Under the pieces are notes generated by a model. That model was given only the letters and a program-made list of their open reading frames with translations, was not told where the DNA came from and did not search any database. The translations under genes and the position numbers were made by a program. DNA of 64,000 nucleotides from Acidimicrobiales bacterium (lineage in GTDB: Bacteria; Actinomycetota; Acidimicrobiia; Acidimicrobiales; UBA8190): the NCBI GenBank assembly GCA_035535015.1, contig DATLQU010000035.1, positions 10,614 through 74,613 of the forward strand, given 5' to 3'. Positions 35,135 through 44,169 of this stretch are shown one piece after another (position 1 is the stretch's first letter; each line of letters opens with the position of its first letter).

Positions 35135-37942
35135 TCAGGCCCGGGCGGTGAAGTGGTAGCTACCGGCCGCCACCGACAGGGTGACCCGACCTCCGACGGC
35201 GCCGACGACGCTCACACCGGCGGCGTGGCCCAGCGGCTTTCCCCCTTCGGTGAGGGCACCGGGACGAGCGGCGGGCAGGTGCACCCGGGCCGAGGCGTTC
35301 GGCGGCAGCACGAGGGCGAGCTCCGTGCTCGATCCCGTCCGGCGCCAGTCGACAGACGCCGTCCCCGCCGGGGTGGGCACCCGGCCGGAGACATCCAGCC
35401 GTCCGGGAGGGGGCCGAACGTCGAGGACGGTGGCCCCGCTCGGGGCCGGTGGCGTACCGGGGGCGACGCCGAGCAGGACCTCCTGCATGGCCACCAGGGC
35501 GCCCGATCCCCACCCGTGGGACAGGCTGTCGCCGATCAGGTCGCTCGGCGTCCAGGTCTCCCAGGTGAAGGTCCCACCGGCGGCCACGATGCGGGCCCAT
35601 CCGGGGATCCGGCTGTCGGTGAGCAGACGCACGACATCCTGATCGCGGCCCGCCGCGTGCAGGGCCCGGAGCAATTCGAGTCCGTGGTCGGGGCTGACCG
35701 AGATCCCGAGACCGGCCACGTAGGCCCCCACCGCCGTCACCCGGGCCGCGGGCACCACGCCGTAGGCGAGGGCCGAGGCGTTGACCTGCTGCGAGGCGTG
35801 CGGACTGAGCGTCCCGTCCGCCTTCAGGCCGTCCACGTAGACGCCGTCGCCGCGCACGAGGCGGGCGTTGACCGCCGCCATCAGGGCGGCGGCGCGCAAC
35901 CCCTGAAGAGTGACCTCCCCGTCGTCACCGAGGACGCCGGCCACCTGGCCCATCCGGTGGAAGGCGTTCACCGCCATCACGTTGATGGTGGTGTCGGCCA
36001 CGGTGTCGAGGTCGTAGCCGTAGAGGGGATCGCCGTTACTGCCGAGCGAGAGCCCGGTGACCAGTCCCGTGGTCCGGTCCATGTGACCGGCCAGGTAGTT
36101 GCCGATGTTCTGCAGCGTCGTCTGCAGCGACGCCAGCGTGTCGACGTCCCCCGTGTTCAGGTAGTAACGCCACACCCACTCGGGATAGAGCTCGGTGAAG
36201 GTGGGGAAGTCCCGGGCCCCGTCGCCGTTGGGATAGACGGCGTTGACCCGGCCGTCGGGCCAGTAGCGCCTCTGCGACCGGGCGAAGTCCCGCAGCCCCT
36301 GCCCGGTCAGGTTCTGTTCGCCGAAGGCCCGCATCACGACCTGGGACTCGGTGGCCCCGTCCCACAGGAAAGGGCCCTTCTCCCGGGTGGGCGTGTCGAT
36401 GAACTGCTCCTGCGAGGTGTAGAGCGCCGAGCGGCGGGTGAGCGCCCAGACGTCGTTCAGCATCGGGACCGAGGATGCGAAGGTGGCGTCCGGGACACGG
36501 GGCATGGCCGCGTGCCGGGCCACCAGCGTGACCTGGGATCGGCCCAGGGCCTCACCCGGATCGTCGATCTGCAGGTAGCGGAAGCCGAGGAAGGTGAAGG
36601 GCAGGAACGTCTGTGCGCCGTGGCGCTGGACATAGGAGAAGCTCAGATCGGTCCCCTGGGTCCCGTGCACGGTGGAGACGTGGCCGTCGGCATCGAGCAG
36701 GTAGCCGACGTGCATGGGAACCATCCGCCCGCTGACTCCGTGGCGGAACGTGACCGCCGGGCGACCGGCGTAGACCTTTCCGAAGTCGACCACCACGGCA
36801 CCGCCGGCGAGCGTTTTCACCGACACCGGCGCCACCGGCTCTTCGACGATCCGACTCCGCTGGGCGACGAGCTGTGTGAAAGGAGCGGTGCCCACGGGAC
36901 CGAGAACGGCCGGGGCCGTCCAGCCGCGGTCGTCGAAGCCGCCATCGGACCATCGCAGCGGCGCCGCCCGGCCGTCGATGTTTTCCACGAAGTCGTTCCC
37001 GTCGGTGTTCCGGTAGCCGCCGGGCAGCCATTCGCCGGGGTGCTCACGCCAGGTGCCGTCGGTGGCGATCACCTGGTGACTGCCGTCGGTGAAGTGGACC
37101 GACAGATGCACCAACAGGCCCGGGGCGGACTCCGGTCGGCCCTGGCCGGCGCCGTACCAGCGATGGAGCACCCCGATGCCGTTGTCGGCCCCGGGCCGGA
37201 TATGGGCGGTCACGTCGGTGGCCTGGACGTAACTCTCGTCGGGGTAGGAGAAACTCGGCCCGCTGTCGACCTCCGTCCCGTTGATCCACAACTGGTACTT
37301 GTGAGCGGCGGCCACGAACGCCGTGGCCCGGGCCACCGCCTTGGACGGCACCCGTCTGGTCGTCCGCACGTAGGTGTGCCTGTCCGGTTGAGGATCGGCG
37401 ACCGCCGGCTGCAACCACTGCGCCCGCCAGTCCCCGTCGCGCAGCCCGGTGGTGAACGAGGCCGGGGCCGAGAACGCGCTCCATCCTCCGGGGCCACGGG
37501 TGGACAGACGCCACTGGTAGGCGGTGTCGGCCGACAGAGGCCGGCCGCCATAGCGGACGAAGGCCTGGCGGGCCGAGCTCACCTGGGCGCTGTCCCAGAT
37601 CGTGCGCGGAGCCCGCGTCCGGCTCGTCGTGCTCACCACGATCCGGTACCCGATCTGCCGGGCCCCCCGGCGGCCGTCGTCCATCTCCCAGGCGAAGAGC
37701 ACCTCGTCGGGGTCGGCGCCGACGGTGCCCGCCACCCCGTTCACCGTCAACCGTCGCGGCGCCGACGGTGCCCCGGTGGAGGCCGGATCCGGAACCGACG
37801 CCCCCACCAGCCGGGGATGCACCGGCGTCGTCGGGGATGCCATCGACGGAAGCGCCACCGTCACCGCCGTCGCCCGGGCGCTGTTGGCCAGGAACGTCCG
37901 GCGGTCCGACCGGTCCGGCGCCCGGTCCGACCCCGCGCTCAC
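35135..37942 (-). CDS. Tat-exported alpha-L-rhamnosidase (GH78 family)
   Basis: Tat leader SDRRTFLANSARATAVTVALPSMA. GH78 N-terminal pattern ARQIGYRIVVSTTS...IWDSAQVSSARQAFVRYGGRPLSADTAYQWRL. C-terminal FTWETW...SLSHGWGSGAL. The GTG start at 37942 overlaps the upstream stop (GTGA). Confidence 0.8.
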   Translation of the reverse strand: MSAGSDRAPDRSDRRTFLANSARATAVTVALPSMASPTTPVHPRLVGASVPDPASTGAPSAPRRLTVNGVAGTVGADPDEVLFAWEMDDGRRGARQIGYRIVVSTTSRTRAPRTIWDSAQVSSARQAFVRYGGRPLSADTAYQWRLSTRGPGGWSAFSAPASFTTGLRDGDWRAQWLQPAVADPQPDRHTYVRTTRRVPSKAVARATAFVAAAHKYQLWINGTEVDSGPSFSYPDESYVQATDVTAHIRPGADNGIGVLHRWYGAGQGRPESAPGLLVHLSVHFTDGSHQVIATDGTWREHPGEWLPGGYRNTDGNDFVENIDGRAAPLRWSDGGFDDRGWTAPAVLGPVGTAPFTQLVAQRSRIVEEPVAPVSVKTLAGGAVVVDFGKVYAGRPAVTFRHGVSGRMVPMHVGYLLDADGHVSTVHGTQGTDLSFSYVQRHGAQTFLPFTFLGFRYLQIDDPGEALGRSQVTLVARHAAMPRVPDATFASSVPMLNDVWALTRRSALYTSQEQFIDTPTREKGPFLWDGATESQVVMRAFGEQNLTGQGLRDFARSQRRYWPDGRVNAVYPNGDGARDFPTFTELYPEWVWRYYLNTGDVDTLASLQTTLQNIGNYLAGHMDRTTGLVTGLSLGSNGDPLYGYDLDTVADTTINVMAVNAFHRMGQVAGVLGDDGEVTLQGLRAAALMAAVNARLVRGDGVYVDGLKADGTLSPHASQQVNASALAYGVVPAARVTAVGAYVAGLGISVSPDHGLELLRALHAAGRDQDVVRLLTDSRIPGWARIVAAGGTFTWETWTPSDLIGDSLSHGWGSGALVAMQEVLLGVAPGTPPAPSGATVLDVRPPPGRLDVSGRVPTPAGTASVDWRRTGSSTELALVLPPNASARVHLPAARPGALTEGGKPLGHAAGVSVVGAVGGRVTLSVAAGSYHFTARA

Positions 37943-39231
37943 GGTCCCGCGATCCGCCGGACGCGGTTGGCGCCCTGATCGCTGAAATAGATCGACCCAC
38001 CGGGTCCGGCGGCGACCCCGTAGGGGTAGACGAGCCGGGTCGAGATCCACTTCGTCCCGTCGCCCGCCGGCCCGGCACCACCCACAGGGAGCATCCCGGC
38101 CAGCGTGTACATGTCCCCGCCGATCACCCGGCGGCCGAACACCGTGGCGTCGTGGGCCGCCACCTCCCGGATGGACCGCTCGTCGCTGTCGGCGATGAAG
38201 AGGTCGCCGGCGCCGTCGACGGCCAGACCGGTCGGAAAGTTCAGGTCGGCGGCCGGTCCGGCGGCCGACAGGCCGTCGTTCAGGTAGTCGCTGTGTGCAC
38301 CTTGTCCGGCCACGGTGCCGATGTTCCCGGCGGCGATGGGCACGTCATAGAACGTCCCCGTCGTCACCGGCACCTCCCGGACGTCACAGTTCCCCTGGTC
38401 GGCGATCAGGAGGTCTCCGGCTCCGTCGACCGCCACCGCCGTGGGTGCCCACAATTCGGCCTTCGCCGCCGGCCCCGCGTCGCCGGCATCCCCGCACACA
38501 CCCGTCCCGGCCACCGTGTAGAGGTGCCCGGCCCGTCGTCCACCACCCCCCGCCGAGGAGGAGGCGGGGCCGTTGGGGACCTCCTGCACCCGGCAGTTGC
38601 CGGTGTCGGCGATGAAGAGATCACCTTCGGCGTCGACGGCGACACCACGAGGCTCGTCGAGCAGCGCCGAGCGAGCCGGTCTCCCGTCGGCGCTCGAGCC
38701 GGCCGCCCCGGTGCCGGCCAGCGAGACGAGCCGGCCCGCCGTCACCGCCACGGCGAAGTTCCGACCGGAGACGGCGGGAAGCTCGAGGACCCGGTTGCCC
38801 GACGCATCGGCGATCAGGAGGTCGCCCCGGGCGTCGAAGGCCACGGCTGTGGGGTCGACCAGAGCCACCTCCGACGAACCCGACGCCGGGTGCCGGCCGC
38901 AGCCCATACCGGCCACCGTGTAGATCCGTCCCGGCCGCATGGCCCGGCCGAAGTGCCTCCCGGCACGGGCCGCCATCATCCGGATCCGACAATTCCCGCT
39001 GTCGGCCACGGCGATGTCACCGGCCGAGTCCACGGCGATACCCGTTGGGGCGTCCAGCTCGGCGCCCCGAGCCGGGCCGCCGTCACCCCGGCCACCGGCG
39101 GCGCCGGTGCCGGCCACGGCTGTCACCTTCGGGGCTCCCGGAGAGGCGGAGGCGACCGCCGGCATGGCGAGCGCCAACAGGATGGTCACGCATCCGGCAC
39201 CGAAGACCGCTGGCCTGACCACCACGTGCAT
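37939..39231 (-). CDS. Secreted NHL-repeat beta-propeller protein
   Basis: Start at 39231 gives signal peptide MHVVVRPAVFGAGCVTILLALAMPAVASA. Repeated units of the type P(T/R)G(I/V)AVD(S/A/G)AGDL(F/L)IAD.GN.R(I/V).E(V/L). Confidence 0.8.
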   Translation of the reverse strand: MHVVVRPAVFGAGCVTILLALAMPAVASASPGAPKVTAVAGTGAAGGRGDGGPARGAELDAPTGIAVDSAGDIAVADSGNCRIRMMAARAGRHFGRAMRPGRIYTVAGMGCGRHPASGSSEVALVDPTAVAFDARGDLLIADASGNRVLELPAVSGRNFAVAVTAGRLVSLAGTGAAGSSADGRPARSALLDEPRGVAVDAEGDLFIADTGNCRVQEVPNGPASSSAGGGGRRAGHLYTVAGTGVCGDAGDAGPAAKAELWAPTAVAVDGAGDLLIADQGNCDVREVPVTTGTFYDVPIAAGNIGTVAGQGAHSDYLNDGLSAAGPAADLNFPTGLAVDGAGDLFIADSDERSIREVAAHDATVFGRRVIGGDMYTLAGMLPVGGAGPAGDGTKWISTRLVYPYGVAAGPGGSIYFSDQGANRVRRIAGP

Positions 39232-39426
39232 GGGCACCCCCGGGGCCGCATCCTTGCACGCGTCGCCCTGCCACCTCGACACGTTGCGCGCAGACAGTCC
39301 CGACCGGCTCACACGCACGCGCCAGGAGCGCCGGTTTACACAGTTGTCATCAGTTGGACCCATTGTGTTTACGACCCACCCGTACTGTGCCGGTACCGGC
39401 AGCTGAGGGGCTGCGGGAACCGCACC

Positions 39427-39486
39427 GCCGAAGGGGCTTGGCGACAGGTGTGCCCCCCGCACCCAGAGTTCGCCAGCCCCTTCGGC
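39427..39486. other. Long imperfect inverted repeat (17/18-bp arms, ~25-nt spacer) in the NHL/GH78 upstream region
   Basis: gccgaaggggcttggcga (39427-39444) versus tcgccagccccttcggc (39470-39486). One extra T is the only mismatch. Confidence 0.6.
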
Positions 39487-39577
39487 GCGTGCCCCGAGCA
39501 CGGCGATCCGCTCGGAGCTACCCTCGGGACAGGCGACGGGACCCGGAAGCATTTCCCGTGCGCCGCCGGGGGGGCCG

Positions 39578-39601
39578 GGCAGGGGATCGCTCTCCCCTGC
39601 C
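39578..39601. terminator. Hairpin just downstream of the cyclase gene (minus strand)
   Basis: ggcagggga-tcgctc-tcccctgcc, a perfect 9-bp stem, 16 nt after the stop at 39617. Confidence 0.55.
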
Positions 39602-39616
39602 GCGGGCTCGAACAGA

Positions 39617-40707
39617 TCAGTCGGCCGTCTCCGGGCCGGCGATGACGCTGTAGGCGAGCACCGGCTCGTCGAAACCCTTCAGCTGCCGACGTCCGGCGCC
39701 CTCGAAGACCAGACCGCGGCCCGAGGCGGCGCGCCGGACGTTCTCGTCGGCCAGCACTTCGCCCGGAATGGCCAGGTCGGCCAGCCGGCTGGCCAGGTTG
39801 ACGACTTCCCCGTAGTAGTCCCCCTGCCGGGCCAGCACGTCACCGAAGGCCAGGCCACCACGGGGCTGGATCCCTTCATCGAGGAATTCGGTCATCAGCG
39901 CCAGCGCCAACTCGCAGCCGGCCACGGGATCGATGGCCACGAACATGACCTCGTCGCCGATGTGCTTGATGATCCGACCCCCGTACTCCGAGGCCACCCG
40001 GAAGGCCCGGGTCTCGAATTGGCCGATGAAAGCGCTCAGCTCCCGGGTGGCCATCCGGTGGGACAGGGGCGTGAATCCGACCAGGTCGACGAAACCTACC
40101 GCCACCCGGAACAGCGCCCGGTCGCTCACGTGCGCCTGGGCCAACCGTTGCCGGTCCACCCCGTCACGCAGAAGATGAACGAAGACGGCACCGAGCCCCG
40201 CCCCCAATTCGAGCGCCTTCATCGCCGCCGACGAGCTCTTCTCGGCCAGTTGCAGGGGGTCGGCGCCTCCTTCGGCCAGCTCGACCTCGACGTTCTGGAC
40301 GTAGAAGCTGATCGCCGCGTCGGCGATCCTCGACAGTGCGCTGCCGACGACCTGCAGAAGCTCGTCTCCCTCCTTGTCGGTGAAGAGGTCCATCGTGGTC
40401 AGGGAGCGGACGAAACTCGCGTCGGCCGACGAGAACATCGGCGCCTCCGACCCCGGCACCTCGACTCCGAGGGACCGCCAGATGCCGAGCACCTCCTCGA
40501 CAGGGGCCCCCGTCCGCTCGGCCACGTCGTGGGCGGTCAGGCCCTCGGCGGCGGCGAAAACCAGGTCGGCGCCCAGGCCGACGAGGCCCGATCGGGCCTC
40601 GGCCTCGGCGACCTGCTCCTCGGTGGCCCCCAGAGAGACGAGGAAGGCGACCAGACTGGGGGTGGCCGCACACGACGGATCGACCGGGACCGGGGCTCTT
40701 CTCTGCA
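39617..40707 (-). CDS. Class III adenylate/guanylate cyclase with N-terminal helical domain
   Basis: Cyclase core: VAVGFVDLVGFTPLSHRM...GGRIIKHIGDEVMFVA...GLAFGDVLARQGDYYGEVVNLASRL. I trimmed the track ORF to the GTG at 40707. The longer version is antisense to the Smr gene. Confidence 0.8.
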
Positions 40708-40780
40708 CGGGACAAGCTTGGCACCGGCGGCCGGTGGCGCGGGCCCGCCCGGGCCAGACTGGTTGGGGGGGGTGCGGCCC

Positions 40781-41035
40781 GTGAAGCTCAAGCTCGACCT
40801 GCACGACATCTACAACCGGGGGTCCGACATCGACAAGGCTCTCCGGGACATCATCGACGAAGCCGTCCGGACGAAAGCCACCCTGGTGGAGATCATTCCG
40901 GGCAAGGGATCGGGCCAACTGAAGAAGCGGGTCCTGCGCTTTCTCGACACCAAGGAGATGAAGGCCATCTACCACCGGGTGGAGAAGGATTCGAACAACT
41001 TCGGACGCGTCTTCGTCCACTTCCGCTGGAAGTGA
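40781..41035 (+). CDS. Stand-alone Smr-domain protein (84 aa)
   Basis: VKLKLDLHDIYNRGSDIDKALRDIIDEAVRTKATLVEIIPGKGSGQLKKRVLRFL. The LDLH(G/D)...IIxGKG pattern is typical of Smr. Confidence 0.7.
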   Translation: MKLKLDLHDIYNRGSDIDKALRDIIDEAVRTKATLVEIIPGKGSGQLKKRVLRFLDTKEMKAIYHRVEKDSNNFGRVFVHFRWK

Positions 41036-41055
41036 CGGACGAGAGAGGGACTGCC

Positions 41056-41742
41056 ATGAGCGAGCTGGTCTCGTACGAGCGCGATGCAGAGGTCGCCACC
41101 ATCACCATGGATGACGGCAAGGTCAACGTCTTCTCTGTTCCCATGCTCCGGGCGCTCCACGAGGCCTTCGATCAGGCCGAGGGCGACGGCACCGTGGTGA
41201 TCCTCACCGGACGCGAGGGGTACTTCTCCGCCGGTTTCGACTTGTTGACCATCGCCGGCGGTCCGGAGCCGCTGCGGGAGATGCTCACCCTGGGGGCGAC
41301 CCTGGCCCAACGGCTGCTGGCCTTTCCCCGGCCGGTGGTGGCCACCTGTCCGGGCCACGCCTACCCGGCGGGCGCCTTCCTACTGCTCTCCTCCGACACC
41401 CGGATCGGCGCCGCCGGCGCCTTCCGGATCGGCCTCAACGAGGTCAGGATCGGCCTCACCCTGCCCTGGTTCGCCATCGAGCTCGCCCGACACCGGCTCC
41501 AGCCCTCGTACTTCGACCGGGGTCTGGTCACGGCCACCATGTACGACCCGGCCGAAGCGGTGACGGCCGGCTTCCTCGATCAGGTGGTCGCCCCCGGCGA
41601 CCTGCGCGCCGCCGGCCTCGAGGCGGCCGGCCTACTCGCCGAACTCGATCCCACCGCCCATGCCGCCACCAAGCGCCGCGTCCGCCGGCGGGTCCTCGAC
41701 GCCCTGCAGGCGGCCATCGACTCCGAGCTCCCGCCACCGTGA
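41056..41742 (+). CDS. Enoyl-CoA hydratase/isomerase (crotonase) family protein
   Basis: ATITMDDGKVNVFS...VVILTGREGYFSAGFDL. ATG at 41056 with a GA-rich SD. Confidence 0.8.
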   Translation: MSELVSYERDAEVATITMDDGKVNVFSVPMLRALHEAFDQAEGDGTVVILTGREGYFSAGFDLLTIAGGPEPLREMLTLGATLAQRLLAFPRPVVATCPGHAYPAGAFLLLSSDTRIGAAGAFRIGLNEVRIGLTLPWFAIELARHRLQPSYFDRGLVTATMYDPAEAVTAGFLDQVVAPGDLRAAGLEAAGLLAELDPTAHAATKRRVRRRVLDALQAAIDSELPPP

Positions 41743-41800
41743 CCCGCCGGTGACCCGCCGGTGACCGGGGTCCAGGGTGACTCGAGACTGAGAGACCCGG

Positions 41801-42343
41801 TCAACGGCGCGCCATCTCGGCCAACGTGTTGACCGTCTTCCAGTTCCGGGTGGTCGTGTCCGAGCCCAATTTCTTCTCGAAGAACGTGTTGGTCAGCTTG
41901 GTCTTGCCGTAGCCGTCCGGGCAGCGCAGAAAGACGTCCCGGCCGACCACCAGGAACTCGTCGGCGTCCACCGCCTTGGCCTGGGCCGCTTTCACATCGG
42001 CCGGTGACGGAACCTCAGCCAGGAATGTCACGTGCAGGGTGGTGGCTTCGACCCCCCGACGAACGAAGGGATTCGTCGTGATCACGGCTCCGAGTTCGCT
42101 CTTCGACCGTACGAGCACCGGCACTTTGGTTCCGAGCAGGTCGACCAGCGCGTCCTCCAGGAACGCCACGATGCCCGAAACCTTGGCCCTGCTTCTGAAG
42201 ACGGCGTTGCCGCTCTGGATATAGGTGCGCACCTCCTCGCCGCCGGCGGCCGTCACCAGAGAGCGCAGGGACTCCATGGGCAGACGATTCCGGCCGCTCA
42301 CGTTGATCCCCCGCAGCATGGCCACATAGGTCGTCGTGGTCAT
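41801..42343 (-). CDS. DUF1697-family protein
   Basis: YVAMLRGINVSGRNRLPMESLRSL...YIQSGNAVF is the family's N-terminal signature. Start at 42343. Confidence 0.75.
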   Translation of the reverse strand: MTTTTYVAMLRGINVSGRNRLPMESLRSLVTAAGGEEVRTYIQSGNAVFRSRAKVSGIVAFLEDALVDLLGTKVPVLVRSKSELGAVITTNPFVRRGVEATTLHVTFLAEVPSPADVKAAQAKAVDADEFLVVGRDVFLRCPDGYGKTKLTNTFFEKKLGSDTTTRNWKTVNTLAEMARR

Positions 42344-42353
42344 GTCGTCGTGG

Positions 42354-43256
42354 TCATATGGCGCTCGCCGCGGCACCGGCGCCGGCGAAGAGCCGCACGA
42401 ACCCGGCCACCGGGGCACGGGTGGTCTCCCCCGTCCGGGCCCAGAGGAACCAGGGCTCGTCGGGAATCAGATCGGAGACCGGATACACCTCGACGATCCT
42501 GCCCTCGTCGAGGGCCCCGGCACAGACGAACCGGGGGAGGATGCTGCAGCCGATCCCCCGCTCGACGGCCCGGGTCACGGCCCGCAGATCAGGGGCCACC
42601 AGCCGCAGGCGGGCCGAGAAGGGCCGGCCCAGATGGCTCTGCCAGAACCGGCGGGTGATGGGCAGCTCGAGGCTGTAGGCGGCCCAGGACTGACCGACCA
42701 GCCAGTCCCCGAGCGTCGACAACGAACCGAACGAGGCACCGGCCACAACGGCCGGTGCCGCCACCAGGACGAACCCCTTCTCCCCGATGGGCAGCGCCGT
42801 CATTCGCCGGCGCTGAGCGACGGTCCTGGTGACGACCACGTCGAGTTCACCGCGCTCGAGTCGTCCGAGCAGCTCCGTGTCGTCTCCGAAGCTGGCCACC
42901 ACGGCCAGCTCGCTGCCACTGATCTTCGGCAGGACCACGCAGGAGAAGAATTCGGCCGTCGACCCCAGGCGCAGGGGCGCCGACGACCCCCCGGGCCGAC
43001 CCTGCTCGAGCCCGCCGAGCACCGCTTCGAGCTGGTCGAGGGCGGAGGCCGCCTCGGCGTAGAGCGCCACCGCCCGGCCCGTGGGCTCCACCCCCCGCGG
43101 TGTCCGCACGAACAGCGGACCACCCACCGCCCTCTCCAGTCCGGCCAACTGCTGGCTGGCGGCCGGCTGCGACACCCCCCGCTGGCGGGCCCCGTCGGTC
43201 ACCGACCGCGCCCGGTAGACGGCCAGGAAGGTCCGCAGCTGCTCGGCCCGGGACAT
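42354..43256 (-). CDS. LysR-family transcriptional regulator
   Basis: HTH: LRTFLAVYRARSVTDGARQRGVSQPAASQQLAGLERAVGGPLFVR. Confidence 0.85.
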   Translation of the reverse strand: MSRAEQLRTFLAVYRARSVTDGARQRGVSQPAASQQLAGLERAVGGPLFVRTPRGVEPTGRAVALYAEAASALDQLEAVLGGLEQGRPGGSSAPLRLGSTAEFFSCVVLPKISGSELAVVASFGDDTELLGRLERGELDVVVTRTVAQRRRMTALPIGEKGFVLVAAPAVVAGASFGSLSTLGDWLVGQSWAAYSLELPITRRFWQSHLGRPFSARLRLVAPDLRAVTRAVERGIGCSILPRFVCAGALDEGRIVEVYPVSDLIPDEPWFLWARTGETTRAPVAGFVRLFAGAGAAASAI

Positions 43257-43326
43257 CCATTTATCTTATACATAGCTATTGAAAAATCACTTTGCTAATG
43301 ATCGGCGGGGAGCGCATGCTGTCGAC
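43257..43326. promoter_or_regulatory. AT-rich divergent promoter region with 8-bp perfect palindrome ATAGCTAT (43272-43279); LysR-box candidate
   Basis: ttatcttatacatagctattgaaaaatcactttgctaatga lies between the divergent lysR-like and methyltransferase genes. Confidence 0.45.
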
Positions 43327-44169
43327 ATGACCCGCCTCGACGCCGCCTCTCCGGCCCGGCCGCCCGGGCCGGACCACCGCTACACCCACGGCCACCACGA
43401 GAGTGTCCTGCGTTCGCACCGTTGGCGGACGGCGGAGAACTCGGCCGCCTACCTGCTCCCGTCGCTGCGACCCGGCCTCTCGGTCCTGGACGTGGGTTGC
43501 GGGCCCGGCACCATCACCGTCGATCTGGCCCGGCGGGTCGCACCCGGACCGGTGGTCGGACTGGACAGCGCCGCCGAGGTCGTCGCCCTGGCCCGGGCCA
43601 CCACCGACGACCGTGCCATCGGCAATCTCCGCTTCACCGTCGGCGACACCTACGCCCTCGACTTCGACGACGGCTCTTTCGACATCGTCCACGCCCATCA
43701 GGTCCTCCAACACCTCGCCCATCCGGTGGCCGCCCTGGCCGAGTTGGGCCGGGTCTGCCGGCCCGGCGGACGGGTGGCGGCGCGCGACGGGGACTACGGC
43801 GGCTTCACCTGGTACCCGGCCGATCCCGGACTCGACGCCTGGCTCGACCTCTACGGCGCCGTGGCCCGGGCCAACGGCGGCGAACCCGACGGCGGCCGCC
43901 ATCTCGCCTCCTGGGCCCGGGCCGCCGGCTTCACCGAGGTGACGACCACGGCATCGGCCTGGTGTTTCTCGGACCCCGACGACCGGCGGTGGTGGGGTGA
44001 GCTCTGGGCCGACCGTATGACCGAGTCGGCCCTCGGCGCCCGGGCCGTCGAACTGGGCCTGGCCACTGCCGACCAACTCCAGGAGATGGCGGCCGCCTGG
44101 CGCCGCTGGACGGCCCATCCCGACGGGTGGTTCGCCGTCCTCCACGGCGAGATCCTCTGCCTACGGTAA
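43327..44169 (+). CDS. Class I SAM-dependent methyltransferase
   Basis: Motif I VLDVGCGPGTIT, and FDIVHAHQVLQHL. Start set at the ATG at 43327 rather than the TTG at 43279. Confidence 0.8.
   Translation: MTRLDAASPARPPGPDHRYTHGHHESVLRSHRWRTAENSAAYLLPSLRPGLSVLDVGCGPGTITVDLARRVAPGPVVGLDSAAEVVALARATTDDRAIGNLRFTVGDTYALDFDDGSFDIVHAHQVLQHLAHPVAALAELGRVCRPGGRVAARDGDYGGFTWYPADPGLDAWLDLYGAVARANGGEPDGGRHLASWARAAGFTEVTTTASAWCFSDPDDRRWWGELWADRMTESALGARAVELGLATADQLQEMAAAWRRWTAHPDGWFAVLHGEILCLR

Noticed and set aside
35153-37978. A 941-aa plus-strand ORF. Similar very long ORFs occur at 30012..31673 (+), 32299..33684 (+), 33329..34723 (-, alternative frame), 12108..13376 (+), 14573..16189 (+), 54170..55813 (+), 49731..51185 (+), 43276..44145 (-) and 44212..45303 (+).
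   Set aside because: All are antisense to, or out of frame with, genes that have clear family motifs. Their translations are Arg/Gly/Pro/Asp-rich low-complexity strings with no motifs. Such shadow ORFs are expected in DNA this GC-rich because stop codons are rare.
39617-41035. Cyclic-nucleotide defence system (Pycsar/CBASS-like) formed by the cyclase and the Smr protein.
   Set aside because: The genes are divergently transcribed rather than forming an operon. The cyclase has a common actinobacterial-type class III architecture. No TIR, TM, patatin or other effector is fused or adjacent.
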